Assembly: GCA_011364905.1 (NCBI GenBank)
Contig: RDNZ01000002.1
Coordinates: forward strand, 32,001 to 96,000
Direction: 5' to 3'
Length of the DNA: 64,000 nucleotides
Source: Candidatus Thorarchaeota archaeon
GTDB taxonomy: Archaea > Asgardarchaeota > Thorarchaeia > Thorarchaeales > Thorarchaeaceae
A model generated the notes under the pieces. The model did no database searches and was not told the origin of the DNA. It saw only the letters and a list, made by a program, of their open reading frames with translations. A program made the translations under genes and the position numbers. Position 1 is the first letter of the stretch, and each line of letters begins with the position of its first letter. Of the stretch, positions 38,428 to 48,346 are shown in pieces.

Positions 38428-38934
38428 ATGAAACGAGTGCTTGTCTTAGGCAATTCTGGTTCAGGAAAGTCGAGCTTCGCAAAAAAACTAGCTGATAAGT
38501 TGGGAATTCCATGTATCCACCTCGACTCCTACTACTGGAGACCAAACTGGGTTCCTACTCCGGAAGAGGAATGGCCTTCCATAGTTCGTCGACTCATTGA
38601 TGAGGACGAATGGGTGATGGATGGAAACTACTCGACTACACTAGAGGAGAGAATACAGCGAGCCGACACAGCAATTTATCTTCGAGTAGCGCGTCCGATT
38701 GCATTCTGGAGAGTAATAAGAAGAAGGATTGTGCACCGTGGGAAGGTCCGTGCCGAACTTGCAGAAGGCTGCTATGAGAAGATTGACTTAGATTTTCTGA
38801 AATGGATCTGGAATCATCCGAAGAGGGCGAAGACTAGAACATTTCCTATTCTAGAGAAGTACTCTAACTCAGAGAAGACTATTCTCTATTTAGACGCGAA
38901 AGAAGCACAAGAGTTTCTTGACTCTGTGATCTAG
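38428..38934 (+). CDS. Adenylate-kinase-like P-loop protein (topology modulation protein family)
   Basis: GNSGSGKS, HLD.YYW..NW, WVMDGNY. Confidence 0.88.
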   Translation: MKRVLVLGNSGSGKSSFAKKLADKLGIPCIHLDSYYWRPNWVPTPEEEWPSIVRRLIDEDEWVMDGNYSTTLEERIQRADTAIYLRVARPIAFWRVIRRRIVHRGKVRAELAEGCYEKIDLDFLKWIWNHPKRAKTRTFPILEKYSNSEKTILYLDAKEAQEFLDSVI

Positions 38935-39110
38935 CATTCCAAGTCACTTGGTCTATTACTGCTCGGATACAGAAATCCCGCGTGAGTATAATAATACTAA
39001 ACTCTTGCAAGAATCCGGAAGTGCGTTTCTCCAGCTTGTTTCTTCCTGGGACAATACAGGTGATCGTGACTCAAAAACACATGATTTCCTTTGGTGTTCG
39101 CATCAATGAA

Positions 39111-39740
39111 TTACTGACGAACAATTGCTCGTATCATACCTACTAGATTCTCAACGAATTCATTATCGTCACCGAAATACCCTGGGAACATTATCTGATA
39201 TGTCATCAAAGTCCCAATCATCCGTTCAATCACAGTTTCGTGTCCCTTGATGTCAAAGGACTTCTTTGGGAACATTTTGGACAAATCATCAATGAAATCC
39301 ACAAACATTTTCCAACCCTGATTCATTGATTCAAGAGACTCGAGTGACTCAACGACATTTTCATACTTGTCAACATCTGCAAGCATCTCTATTTGAACTG
39401 CCGCAAGGAAGTGTCGATCTTTCCGTCGTAAATCTAAAACAGCTTGCAAGAGCTTACCTAATACCTCATCGAATGTTTTTCCGTGCAATAGCTCTTCAGA
39501 TTTCAATAGTGACCCGCTTGTTTCGAATGCTTTCTGTTGCATCTTAGACAACAGTTCAGCAAGAATGGAAGTCTTTCCATCAGGAAAGTGGTAGTATAGA
39601 GTACCTATACTGACCTTTGAAAGATAAGCGATATCGTTTACATTGAGATTTGTGTATCCCTTTTTGCGGATTGATTTTTCGGCGATACGTAAAATCCGTT
39701 CTTTGGCTTCTGACTTTCTCATAGCAGTTGATATCTTCAC
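39111..39740 (-). CDS. TetR/AcrR family transcriptional regulator
   Basis: GY....VNDIA....VSIGTLYYHFP.GK. Confidence 0.92.
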   Translation of the reverse strand: MKISTAMRKSEAKERILRIAEKSIRKKGYTNLNVNDIAYLSKVSIGTLYYHFPDGKTSILAELLSKMQQKAFETSGSLLKSEELLHGKTFDEVLGKLLQAVLDLRRKDRHFLAAVQIEMLADVDKYENVVESLESLESMNQGWKMFVDFIDDLSKMFPKKSFDIKGHETVIERMIGTLMTYQIMFPGYFGDDNEFVENLVGMIRAIVRQ

Positions 39741-39761
39741 GCATCATCATATAAATATTTG

Positions 39762-39782
39762 AATTCGAGTCGGAATCGAATT
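39762..39782. promoter_or_regulatory. Palindromic operator copy 1 (likely TetR site)
   Basis: AATTCGAGTCGGAATCGAATT, just upstream of tetR. Confidence 0.7.
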
Positions 39783-39796
39783 ACGAAGGTTATAGA

Positions 39797-39886
39797 ATGA
39801 AAAAACTGAGCAGACTAGAAGTTGCGAACCTTGGAAGAAAACGAATGATGAAGTTAATGCATCTAGGCGGATACATGATTGAATGA
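39797..39886 (+). pseudogene. Internally deleted 29-aa remnant of the methyltransferase at 40734
   Basis: MKKLSRLEVANLG matches its N-terminus MRKLSRQEVAELG and is joined in frame to RKRMMKLM from its C-terminus. Confidence 0.8.
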
Positions 39887-39912
39887 GCGATTGTTTCATT
39901 GAACTGAGTGTT

Positions 39913-40482
39913 CTAGATAAGTTTCCAAAGTATGTACTTCTGATCTTCTATCTGAAGAAGGAATGTCTGACTTAGTTTAAATCTGGAAATGGTTTCAATC
40001 TCCCTTTCTGATGGTCCTATTCCCAACATATACCAATTTTCATAGGGCCATTCTCTCTTAAACCATTTAGGCAATTCCTCTAGCAATTTCTCATATAGAT
40101 TTAGCTTTCGAGCTGTCGGTGTTATCCAAAAAGAAAAACCAGGATCATTTTCTTGTATTTGCAAATCTTCAAAGATTCTGTCATTAAAGAATGCAAACTT
40201 CAAAAATGGAATTACTGGTTTAATGTAAATGCACCCATAGCATTCCGTTTCATCGACATCAAGAATTGTAAAAGCAAATTCCTTTTTCATATCATGATCT
40301 TTCTCGTGAGCTGTTAATTCCTTGAGATTCGTTTCTTTGGGGAATCCTTCTGGTCTGAATCCGCTTTCAATTACAGCCTTATAGTCAAGTTCATTGTCGC
40401 TTGCTCTCAGTGGGCGAATCTTTACTTTTCCAAAAATCAGTTCTTCAGGAATGGATTGATTTGGCGGGAAGAATTCATTCAT
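39913..40482 (-). CDS. GNAT-like acetyltransferase
   Basis: IRPL...D.ELDY.AV, F.ILD....CYGCIYI.P, FW; ORF extends to 40524. Confidence 0.7.
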   Translation of the reverse strand: MNEFFPPNQSIPEELIFGKVKIRPLRASDNELDYKAVIESGFRPEGFPKETNLKELTAHEKDHDMKKEFAFTILDVDETECYGCIYIKPVIPFLKFAFFNDRIFEDLQIQENDPGFSFWITPTARKLNLYEKLLEELPKWFKREWPYENWYMLGIGPSEREIETISRFKLSQTFLLQIEDQKYILWKLI

Positions 40483-40651
40483 GTGCTGATTGCAATTTCC
40501 AAGACATATCAGCATTGCTTTCATAGCAAGAGAAATTCTGAAATAGAAATGAAGAAGGATTTTGTAAATCCTTCAAAATCATAGGTTTTTCAATTCCGTG
40601 TTCAAATACTGAACGATAATCAACTTGTGATCATACGTACCATTATATTTG

Positions 40652-40672
40652 AGTTCGAGTCGAAATCGAAAA
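40652..40672. promoter_or_regulatory. Palindromic operator copy 2
   Basis: AGTTCGAGTCGAAATCGAAAA. Confidence 0.6.
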
Positions 40673-40698
40673 TCCTAAAAGGGAATAAGAGGTAATAG

Positions 40699-40719
40699 AA
40701 TTCGAGTCGAACTCGAATT
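40699..40719. promoter_or_regulatory. Palindromic operator copy 3 (perfect arms)
   Basis: AATTCGAGT-CGA-ACTCGAATT, 9-bp perfect inverted repeat 14 nt before the MTase ATG. Confidence 0.75.
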
Positions 40720-40733
40720 ATGAAGGTAATAGA

Positions 40734-41546
40734 ATGAGGAAACTGAGTAGACAAGAAGTTGCTGAGCTCGGACTCTATGATTTCCTTGGATATATTGATG
40801 CATTTGATTCTCCTTATATCGGAGGGCTTGCCGGAACTCGCAGGTTAATTGAGCGTTTAGATATACCAAAAGATGAGAATTTTCATGTGCTTGAGGTCGG
40901 ATGCGCATCTGGATTTACTAGCTGTATGATTGCTAAAGAATATGGTTGTCAGGTGACAGGGATTGATATCTCTGAGGTCCTAATCTCAAAGGCTAAAGAC
41001 AGATCCAACAGAATGGGATTGAACAATGTTCGTTTTCAGGTAGCGGATGCGACACAACTTCCGTTTGACGACAATTCATTTGATGCTGTATTCGGAGTGG
41101 CATTAGTAGCACTTATCCCAATGAAAGAAAAAGTACTGCAAGAATTGAAGAGAATCACAAAACCAGGAGGAGTAATTGGGACACTGGATCTCTTTGCAAA
41201 GACTGGAGCAGACAAAGAGATTGTAGATTCATTTAGCAGTTCTATGAAAACACTCCTCGAATATGATGTGGCAATCTTGGATATTCAAAACTGGAGAAGT
41301 ATCTTTGAAAAAACAGGACTTAATGACATCAGTGTTGAAGAGAACTATCATGATGTTCTACTACTTACAAGAAAACGTTCCGGCACAATAAAAGCCACAA
41401 TGAAGATGCTCTACCACATGTTGATCAATGGTGCTGTAAGAAAACGGATGATGAAGTTGATGCGTTTAAGGAAGACGGCTACTATGAAGGATGAGGAAGG
41501 ATTCGAGCATTTGGGATATCTAATATTCACTGGTCGAAAAGCGTGA
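40734..41546 (+). CDS. Class I SAM-dependent methyltransferase
   Basis: VLEVGCASG, GIDIS, ADATQLPF.DNSFD, KPGG. Confidence 0.92.
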   Translation: MRKLSRQEVAELGLYDFLGYIDAFDSPYIGGLAGTRRLIERLDIPKDENFHVLEVGCASGFTSCMIAKEYGCQVTGIDISEVLISKAKDRSNRMGLNNVRFQVADATQLPFDDNSFDAVFGVALVALIPMKEKVLQELKRITKPGGVIGTLDLFAKTGADKEIVDSFSSSMKTLLEYDVAILDIQNWRSIFEKTGLNDISVEENYHDVLLLTRKRSGTIKATMKMLYHMLINGAVRKRMMKLMRLRKTATMKDEEGFEHLGYLIFTGRKA

Positions 41547-41612
41547 CCATTCATAAAGACCTAGGTACCAAAGTACATCGGAATTAGTATCGATGCTTTG
41601 TTCCAATGAGTA

Positions 41613-42338
41613 TTAGTTAAACACCAACAGGACTGGCAGAATAGAATATCCACTCAGTGCTATCGCTGTGACATTGATTAGGAGATGGATAATTCCTAAT
41701 GGCCACATACTCTTTGATTTTCTATATAGGAAGATGTAACCTACTGCTATCAGTGTCTGAATGGGAACAAAAAATTCACTGATTGGGAATACGTATTGAC
41801 CCTCAGGGAGGACCAATATCCAGAATACTAGATGAATCAGGCTAATGAGAGCAATATACAACAGACCACCTATTGCAATCATCACTTTCCTCTTTGGGCC
41901 CTCTTTGAAGAACTCTGCATAGGAGTCGAAAGTATAGATCCAGATGAGCTGTTCAGAAAATGCATTCAAGGGAGCCCAAATCACAAGTGTGACTATCCAA
42001 CCTAGAATATTGAAGTCTGATACTCGTTGAAAAGTGATGAATTCGAATCCGACTAGAATTAGCTGAAGTATCAGTATGAACACGAAGATTGAACTTACAT
42101 AGCTCGCAAACTGTTTTCGGATTTCTCCCCGTCTTATTTCATACCCAACTGCACCCCGTCTCCATCTTACGATTAGCCAACAGAACACTCCATAGTAGAG
42201 TATCAGTGGAATCAGTGCTCCAGTTGCGTTGAAAAGATATCCCGCAGCAAATGGCAATCCAATTGCAGCCAAAAGAGCTAAGATAAGGTCCAAGTATGTT
42301 GGCTGGAAATTATCTGGAACATCATGGAGGATTGTCAT
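41613..42338 (-). CDS. Multi-TM membrane protein, CPBP (CAAX protease)-like
   Basis: SEQL.W, LIH, H...N motifs in TM helices. Confidence 0.6.
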   Translation of the reverse strand: MTILHDVPDNFQPTYLDLILALLAAIGLPFAAGYLFNATGALIPLILYYGVFCWLIVRWRRGAVGYEIRRGEIRKQFASYVSSIFVFILILQLILVGFEFITFQRVSDFNILGWIVTLVIWAPLNAFSEQLIWIYTFDSYAEFFKEGPKRKVMIAIGGLLYIALISLIHLVFWILVLPEGQYVFPISEFFVPIQTLIAVGYIFLYRKSKSMWPLGIIHLLINVTAIALSGYSILPVLLVFN

Positions 42339-42447
42339 TTTGAGTCGAACGTTATGAAACAATTAGGCTATATCTTTTTTTGGAAAAGGTGTGGCCCGTG
42401 TTAAGAGTCCATGAAACTAATCAAAGAACTCGGCAATTCTTATCTCC

Positions 42448-43116
42448 CTAGGTTGATTTAAGAAACTCTAAGGTTCGCTTCCAAGCCAAACGTGCTGCTT
42501 CCTCATCATATGCATCCTCGCGATCTGGTTCAAAGAACCAATGTCCTGTGCCTTCGTAAGTATAGATGGTTACTGGACGACCTGCCTTCTTAAGCTCTTT
42601 TTCCAGCTCCTCTACATTTTCCCTTGGTTCGTAGGGATCATTCTCAGCAAAATGACCAAGATAGCTCGCCTGCGATGTACTATGGTCTACAGGTCCAGAA
42701 CCATAAAACAATACCACAGATCGAATGTACTCAGGACTGGATGCTGCCAAGTCCAAGGCATAATACGCCCCCAAAGAGAAACTGACAATGGCAACATCCC
42801 GACCTGTGACTCCTGCCTTTTCACACAGATATTTGACGGCGTAAGCAATCTCATCCTTTGCTTGCAGGTAGTTTTCGTCCAGGGTGGAACCCAGTGCTTC
42901 AGCTTCAGTAATAGTGTCTGCCACCTTGCCATGATAGAGGTCTGGAGCAAAAACCAAGAATCCCTCATTAGCTAGCCTATCACAGATGTTTCTGATAGTG
43001 TCATTGAGTCCCCACCAAGCATGTAGAACCAATACAGGAGAGCCAGAATCCATCGAGGGAGTGGCAAGATAACCATCAGGTTGAGTGAGTGACATTTTAC
43101 AGTCGTTGCTACTCAT
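42448..43116 (-). CDS. Dienelactone hydrolase family protein
   Basis: HAWWGLN, APDLY.G, FSLGA elbow, AEND, GHWF; start uncertain. Confidence 0.9.
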   Translation of the reverse strand: MSSNDCKMSLTQPDGYLATPSMDSGSPVLVLHAWWGLNDTIRNICDRLANEGFLVFAPDLYHGKVADTITEAEALGSTLDENYLQAKDEIAYAVKYLCEKAGVTGRDVAIVSFSLGAYYALDLAASSPEYIRSVVLFYGSGPVDHSTSQASYLGHFAENDPYEPRENVEELEKELKKAGRPVTIYTYEGTGHWFFEPDREDAYDEEAARLAWKRTLEFLKST

Positions 43117-43273
43117 TTTATTTAAGCATGCTCCTTCACGAGCCAAAAATCAGAAGTCCAAAGAGAATAATTCCTTAGTTCCATACATCAAGTTGTCTTT
43201 GTGTTCATATGGAAACGTAAGACACAAAGAATATCTTATTCCTAGGTGCAAGGATTTGGCAAGGCGCTACACA

Positions 43274-43702
43274 ATGTTTAGCATAAATGAGAAAATCAGA
43301 GCGAATAGGTCTTTGTACTGGGCAGGAATAATACAGACATTGTATGGTTTTTTCGAACTATCTGACGTTGTTGCTGCAGTTATGATAGCGATTGGCTTAA
43401 TCCCAAACATCTACGGACAGTTTATTCCAGCGACCACTGAAGTTGGAAAGTTCATGGAAACAACGCCTGCAATCTTCATCGCCATTTTCTTCTTCTTTGC
43501 TAGCTTGCGAGTCTTGTCGGGCTATTGGATTCTACTAAATCGAGCAAAGGGATTCTGGATGGCTGTACTTGTTTCAGGAGTATCGCTAGTTGCAGTTTGG
43601 TTCCTTCTGCCCTTAAGTGCTCTTGATCTCTGTATCATTCTTCCAGTCCTTATTCTTCTCTTCAAAGGATACTTCCGGGATTCGCCAATTGTTCCAGATT
43701 AA
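43274..43702 (+). CDS. Membrane protein
   Basis: Several TM helices; the ORF-track 5' extension overlaps the opposite gene. Confidence 0.7.
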   Translation: MFSINEKIRANRSLYWAGIIQTLYGFFELSDVVAAVMIAIGLIPNIYGQFIPATTEVGKFMETTPAIFIAIFFFFASLRVLSGYWILLNRAKGFWMAVLVSGVSLVAVWFLLPLSALDLCIILPVLILLFKGYFRDSPIVPD

Positions 43703-43877
43703 CAGACTCTCAATCGTTGGTTAATAGTCTGTCAAATGGCGGGGCATTAAAACTAACGCTCATCAATTTCCTCACGAGAAATCAGTTGCATTTTCCCATT
43801 CGCAACACTGAAGACTCAAAAAACGCAAATGGATTATATCAGAGCTCTTAGAAGATTGCTACTTAGAGGTGAGATAG

Positions 43878-44054
43878 ATGAAACTTGAATTGAAATACAT
43901 GAAAGCAGCTACTATTTCATGGATAATTACATCATTGTATCTATTGATTGGCATGCTTCGTGAGTTTCTAGTAGGGGGCGGCTTGGGGATATTGGGTATT
44001 TTACTTTTGACATCCTTAGCAGTGTTTCTTGTCGCATTGTTGTATTTCAGCTAG
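43878..44054 (+). CDS. Small two-TM protein (58 aa), absent from ORF track
   Basis: GAGGTGA RBS; MKLELKYMKAATISWIITSLYLLIGMLREFLVGGGLGILGILLLTSLAVFLVALLYFS. Confidence 0.6.
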   Translation: MKLELKYMKAATISWIITSLYLLIGMLREFLVGGGLGILGILLLTSLAVFLVALLYFS

Positions 44055-44073
44055 TAGGAATATGTTGAGTTGG

Positions 44074-45012
44074 TCAAATATGCATTCTTCTATACATAAC
44101 AGAAACGACTAGCACAACCGTTAGAATCCCTGCTGAAAGAATAGCTATCGAAGGCATATCGAGAGTTGTCGCTATGTCAGTGGGGGTGGTTGTTGTGAGA
44201 TCATTTGAATCTTCAGGAGAAGCTTCGATAAGCCACTTTGAAACTCTGAAGAGGAGTGGCCATTCTGAATCAGGGTCGACAAGGTTAGCACCAAATGTAG
44301 TGTCGTCTCGGTCACTATTTTCCTCGTATTCGGGATGAGGACTTGAAAGGAAGACCGTTCCGTTGCCATATTCAAAAGCGACCATACCAGCTTTGTCATT
44401 ATAATCGTAAGTGGCAATAATGTGCACGGCAGTTCCCCATTGTGGAGTAAGATATTGAGAGCCATAATACATGGTTGTGAAATTCTCCGAGAGGTCGGAT
44501 AGATCCGGCCCAGTTGAAGATTGGTTAACATGCATGGTTGTCATATGTATTATCGAGCCCGGCTCGTTCACTGGGCTAATGAAACCGTTGAATAAATGCA
44601 GGTATGTCACACCAAAGGTCGCACCACCACAAATTCCGAAGTAAGAACCACCTTGAGCAACGAAGTCCTTGACCTTCTGTTTACCTTCTTGACCAAGTTC
44701 GCTACTGCATATGGTTTCAGATCCACCGGGAATAACAAGAATATCATATTCATCAAGGGAATCAATGAGAATTAGAGAAGCAGTGATAGTTGAAACCGAT
44801 GCGTTCATCCACTCGAACATCTTTGTAAGGGCAGTGTGACTAGAACCCATCACACCTCCTCCACTGTAGACAGCAACCTTGACTCCTGTCAAGTCATCAT
44901 GTTCAACTTGTGCAGTGGATTGGACTGGCGAAAGAATCACCAGACATAGAATTGACAATGCGCATAGACCAAGGAGCTTTCGACTATGAAATCCTCTATT
45001 TCTTCGCTCCAT
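44074..45012 (-). CDS. Exported BPL-N (class I glutamine amidotransferase-like) protein with C-terminal anchor
   Basis: Signal peptide, IPGG, GICGGA, HPE, Thr-rich linker, TM + RR. Confidence 0.85.
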   Translation of the reverse strand: MERRNRGFHSRKLLGLCALSILCLVILSPVQSTAQVEHDDLTGVKVAVYSGGGVMGSSHTALTKMFEWMNASVSTITASLILIDSLDEYDILVIPGGSETICSSELGQEGKQKVKDFVAQGGSYFGICGGATFGVTYLHLFNGFISPVNEPGSIIHMTTMHVNQSSTGPDLSDLSENFTTMYYGSQYLTPQWGTAVHIIATYDYNDKAGMVAFEYGNGTVFLSSPHPEYEENSDRDDTTFGANLVDPDSEWPLLFRVSKWLIEASPEDSNDLTTTTPTDIATTLDMPSIAILSAGILTVVLVVSVMYRRMHI

Positions 45013-45209
45013 CCGGAATCACCTAATTGGTGAAAAAACAACATTCAGGGCGTAATTTAATGGTACACATTAACGCAGGATTATGGAAAAACCGCCATGG
45101 GGATTTACAAAGGAAAAGGTTACAGTTGATTTTTATCACCGATTTCTGTACAGATAGGTCGCATTTCGCGAATAATTTCAATAATCACGAGAATGGTTGA
45201 AAATCCACG

Positions 45210-46700
45210 ATGACAGAAACGCAAGATACTCTTAGCGAGAAAGCCTCTGCTAGTTTTGATGAACGTCTGCCCTTCAAGTCAAAACTAGCCTTTGGTCTGT
45301 CACAGGCATCCATCAACCTTCTTCAGGTCATAGCACTCAGTTCGGCAATCACTTTCTATTACAATATCAAACTCGGCCTAAGCGAGGAGTTGGCTTCACT
45401 TGCTTGGCTCCTGTTTGCCATTTGGAATGCCATCAACGACCCCTTGTTCGGAATTCTACAAGAAAGAATCGATACCGATATGGGAAGACGTATTCCAGTT
45501 CTGCGGTACGGGGCACTCTTCTATACACTCACGTTCATTATTTGCTGGTTCCCGTTTTTGGGAAACTCACAAGTGGCATTATTCTGGAACCTACTACTAG
45601 TACTCTTCTTGTTCGATACGATGTTCACAATGGTTGGATTGGTGCAAACAGCTTTGCCAGCCGAGATGTGCATAACTCAAGAGGCGAGGTCAAACCTTAG
45701 TCTGTACAACGTGATTGTTGGGTCCGTAGGCGCCTTGGTGGCGATGGTCCTTCCTTTAGTCCTTCTCACTGATGAATCAACAACTGATCTTAGTCCCCTC
45801 TTCAAGCCCGTGATGTTGTTAGTCGGAATAATAGCTGGAACAGTCCTGTTCATTTCAAGTTACGCGCTGACCGAAAACGAATATGCAAGAATTGAAGAGC
45901 CGCTTGGTTTTATTGAATCAATGGTCGCGACACTCAAGAATAGAGAGTTTCTGGCTTTCGAGGCAATGAACTTCTTTCATGAAGCGGCATTCACAATAGT
46001 GACTGGGTCTATGATTTACTTTGTGCAGTACGTGTTGAGATTGCAGGGAGTTTTAGCATCCATCCCCTTGTTTGTTGTATTCATACTCATGCTGCTGCTG
46101 AGCGTTGTTGCAGATAAAATGGTGAAACGGAGGGGTTTGAAACAAGTTTACGTCAGCGGGTTGGTAATAGCAGGTGCGGGTCTAGTGTTCCTGTTTTTCT
46201 CAGGGAGTCTGCTGATCGCAGTCATTCTGAGTCTTGTAGTGGTCGGAATAGGTTTGGCTCCTGTCACTCTGATATGGTCCCCATTACTGGCGGATGTGAT
46301 CGATTATGATGAGATACGAACAGGAAAGAGGCGTGAAACGACTTACGCTGGTATGAATGCATTGATCACGAAACCGGCCATCTCTATAGCTACTGCAGTG
46401 TTTCTGCTTCTCATCAATGGATTTGGATTTGATAATGCTCAGGTGGTACAATCAGACTCAGCCATTCTTGGAATACGACTGGGCTATGCAGTCTTTCCAG
46501 CAGCTTGTTTCATTATAGGTGCAATCGCATTGTGGAGATGGTACACACTCGATGGTAAGGAATGGATAGCCAAAAAGTCCGAATTGGGCAAAATACACAT
46601 GCAGAAGGAGAAGGAGTACATCGCTCGACTCCAGAGAGAGGGAAAAATATCTAAGGTGTACCAGATTCTTTATGGCAAGTCGCACGAAGATATGGAATGA
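45210..46700 (+). CDS. GPH-family (MelB-like) sugar:cation symporter
   Basis: WNAINDPLFG, GRRIP, ADVIDYDE.RTG.RRE. Confidence 0.92.
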   Translation: MTETQDTLSEKASASFDERLPFKSKLAFGLSQASINLLQVIALSSAITFYYNIKLGLSEELASLAWLLFAIWNAINDPLFGILQERIDTDMGRRIPVLRYGALFYTLTFIICWFPFLGNSQVALFWNLLLVLFLFDTMFTMVGLVQTALPAEMCITQEARSNLSLYNVIVGSVGALVAMVLPLVLLTDESTTDLSPLFKPVMLLVGIIAGTVLFISSYALTENEYARIEEPLGFIESMVATLKNREFLAFEAMNFFHEAAFTIVTGSMIYFVQYVLRLQGVLASIPLFVVFILMLLLSVVADKMVKRRGLKQVYVSGLVIAGAGLVFLFFSGSLLIAVILSLVVVGIGLAPVTLIWSPLLADVIDYDEIRTGKRRETTYAGMNALITKPAISIATAVFLLLINGFGFDNAQVVQSDSAILGIRLGYAVFPAACFIIGAIALWRWYTLDGKEWIAKKSELGKIHMQKEKEYIARLQREGKISKVYQILYGKSHEDME

Positions 46701-46912
46701 GAAAACCCAAATCCACTATTCGACAACAGCAGAAGCGATTATGTCTTTGTTTTCTGGACTATTCACAATGGGACCACAACGAGTTGGCCTGCTCTACTCA
46801 TCATTTCTCTGAGAACAAGACTACTGCATTTGTCATATCAAAACAGCATCTTATCGTCGATTCTTATTACGCCTTTAAGCAATCAATCCAAATACATTCC
46901 CTCTTCTGACTC

Positions 46913-48208
46913 TTACATATGGCTGATTCTTCGAGAGTATCTATAGGAAATCAAAAGCACAACAATTCCTACGGCTATAAGAACAAGAGCCGCAATGAAG
47001 CTACCTCTGTAGGCATCAGCATTTGATAAACCATGAGCTATTAGCAGATCTGCAATAGGTCCTGCAATAAGCGTTGCAGCAATACCCCAGCTAAGGAAAA
47101 AGGTCGCGTTGTAATAAGCGAACAACCTGCCTCTAAACTCCTCTGGTGCCAATCTGGCAACGATGGAGTAGCTCGATGATTGGATGACCACCTGTGATGA
47201 ACCCATGAGAAATGACGCAAACAGGGCCAGGGCAAAACTTGGAGTCACAATGAGCCAAGATATGCCAATCATTGATAGTATGATTCCGGTCATCATAACC
47301 TTGTTGTCATCAGCTTTTGCCACAAGAGATCCGATTACAAGACCAGCTAGCATAGAGGCAATATTCCCGACATTGCTGTATAGACCAATTGCCTCTCCAG
47401 TGGCGTTGAAGCCTGTCGGGTCTGCTAGAAAAAGAGAGGTGATGATTGCTATTGAGTTTCTGCCGAAGTTAATGAAGATCAACGCAACTATGAAGATCAA
47501 ATATGAAACACGTATTTTTGAAGGGATCTCAGAGAGCGAGTGCTTCTCAGATGGCTTGATGTCTTCAGTGCTCTGTATTGACTCTTCTTTGCTCAGACGT
47601 ATTGAAAAATAGACGATGACGCTCGAGAAGACCATGACGAATGCCGCAATATAGAAAATGATTCCGCTACTAAATCCGATTCCACCTTCGAATAGGAATC
47701 CCCCAACAAAAGCGCCACCAATTCCGCCAAACCCTCCAATGATTGAGAGTTGTCCCATGATTCTCTTTCGCTCATCTATTACCGTCAACTCTGAGATCAA
47801 TGCAGACCAACCAACATTGGACATGCTCCAAAAGACCTCAATCCCGCCAAGACAGAATATTATCACGTAACCAGCTACAATTGGCTGATTCATCCTCAGG
47901 AAGAACATGTACACGAAAACCATTAGGAAGTGTCCAAAACCAGCAAACATCTCTCCAATAACTACAAACTGATTTGGCTTTCGGTACTTGTCAAGTAGAT
48001 TACCCCAGAGGAACGATTGAGTGGATGCATTCGCAATCATACCAACAGTAGCCATCAGGGTCACTTCAGTGGTTGAGAGACCGAGTGATCTGAGATAAAT
48101 CGACAAGAAGGAATACACTATTGCTCTTCGAAAATAAATGAGAATCTGAAATGTGGAGAGTCCCGTAAATTCTCGCCCTTTGAGTTGGGAGTAGTTTAGC
48201 AGTTTCAA
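46913..48208 (-). CDS. MFS transporter
   Basis: About 12 TM, WG.L.DK, PEEFRGR. Confidence 0.88.
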   Translation of the reverse strand: MKLLNYSQLKGREFTGLSTFQILIYFRRAIVYSFLSIYLRSLGLSTTEVTLMATVGMIANASTQSFLWGNLLDKYRKPNQFVVIGEMFAGFGHFLMVFVYMFFLRMNQPIVAGYVIIFCLGGIEVFWSMSNVGWSALISELTVIDERKRIMGQLSIIGGFGGIGGAFVGGFLFEGGIGFSSGIIFYIAAFVMVFSSVIVYFSIRLSKEESIQSTEDIKPSEKHSLSEIPSKIRVSYLIFIVALIFINFGRNSIAIITSLFLADPTGFNATGEAIGLYSNVGNIASMLAGLVIGSLVAKADDNKVMMTGIILSMIGISWLIVTPSFALALFASFLMGSSQVVIQSSSYSIVARLAPEEFRGRLFAYYNATFFLSWGIAATLIAGPIADLLIAHGLSNADAYRGSFIAALVLIAVGIVVLLISYRYSRRISHM

Positions 48209-48346
48209 GTTGAGTCTTCAGAGTCATTGTCAATCTTAAATACCATTTTCTACTGGCTAGTGTTTCTGCAGCGCTGGAGACAATTGATAGATTCTTGATT
48301 TGAGTGGAGAGCGAGAACTCATAAACCAAAACGACTTGTAAACGAG

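Noticed and set aside
43085-43273. N-terminal extension of the membrane protein ORF
   Set aside because: Overlaps the opposite-strand hydrolase start and has no protein-like character
46697-46909. 70-aa ORF overlapping the symporter stop
   Set aside because: No motif support, atypical composition, lies between convergent genes
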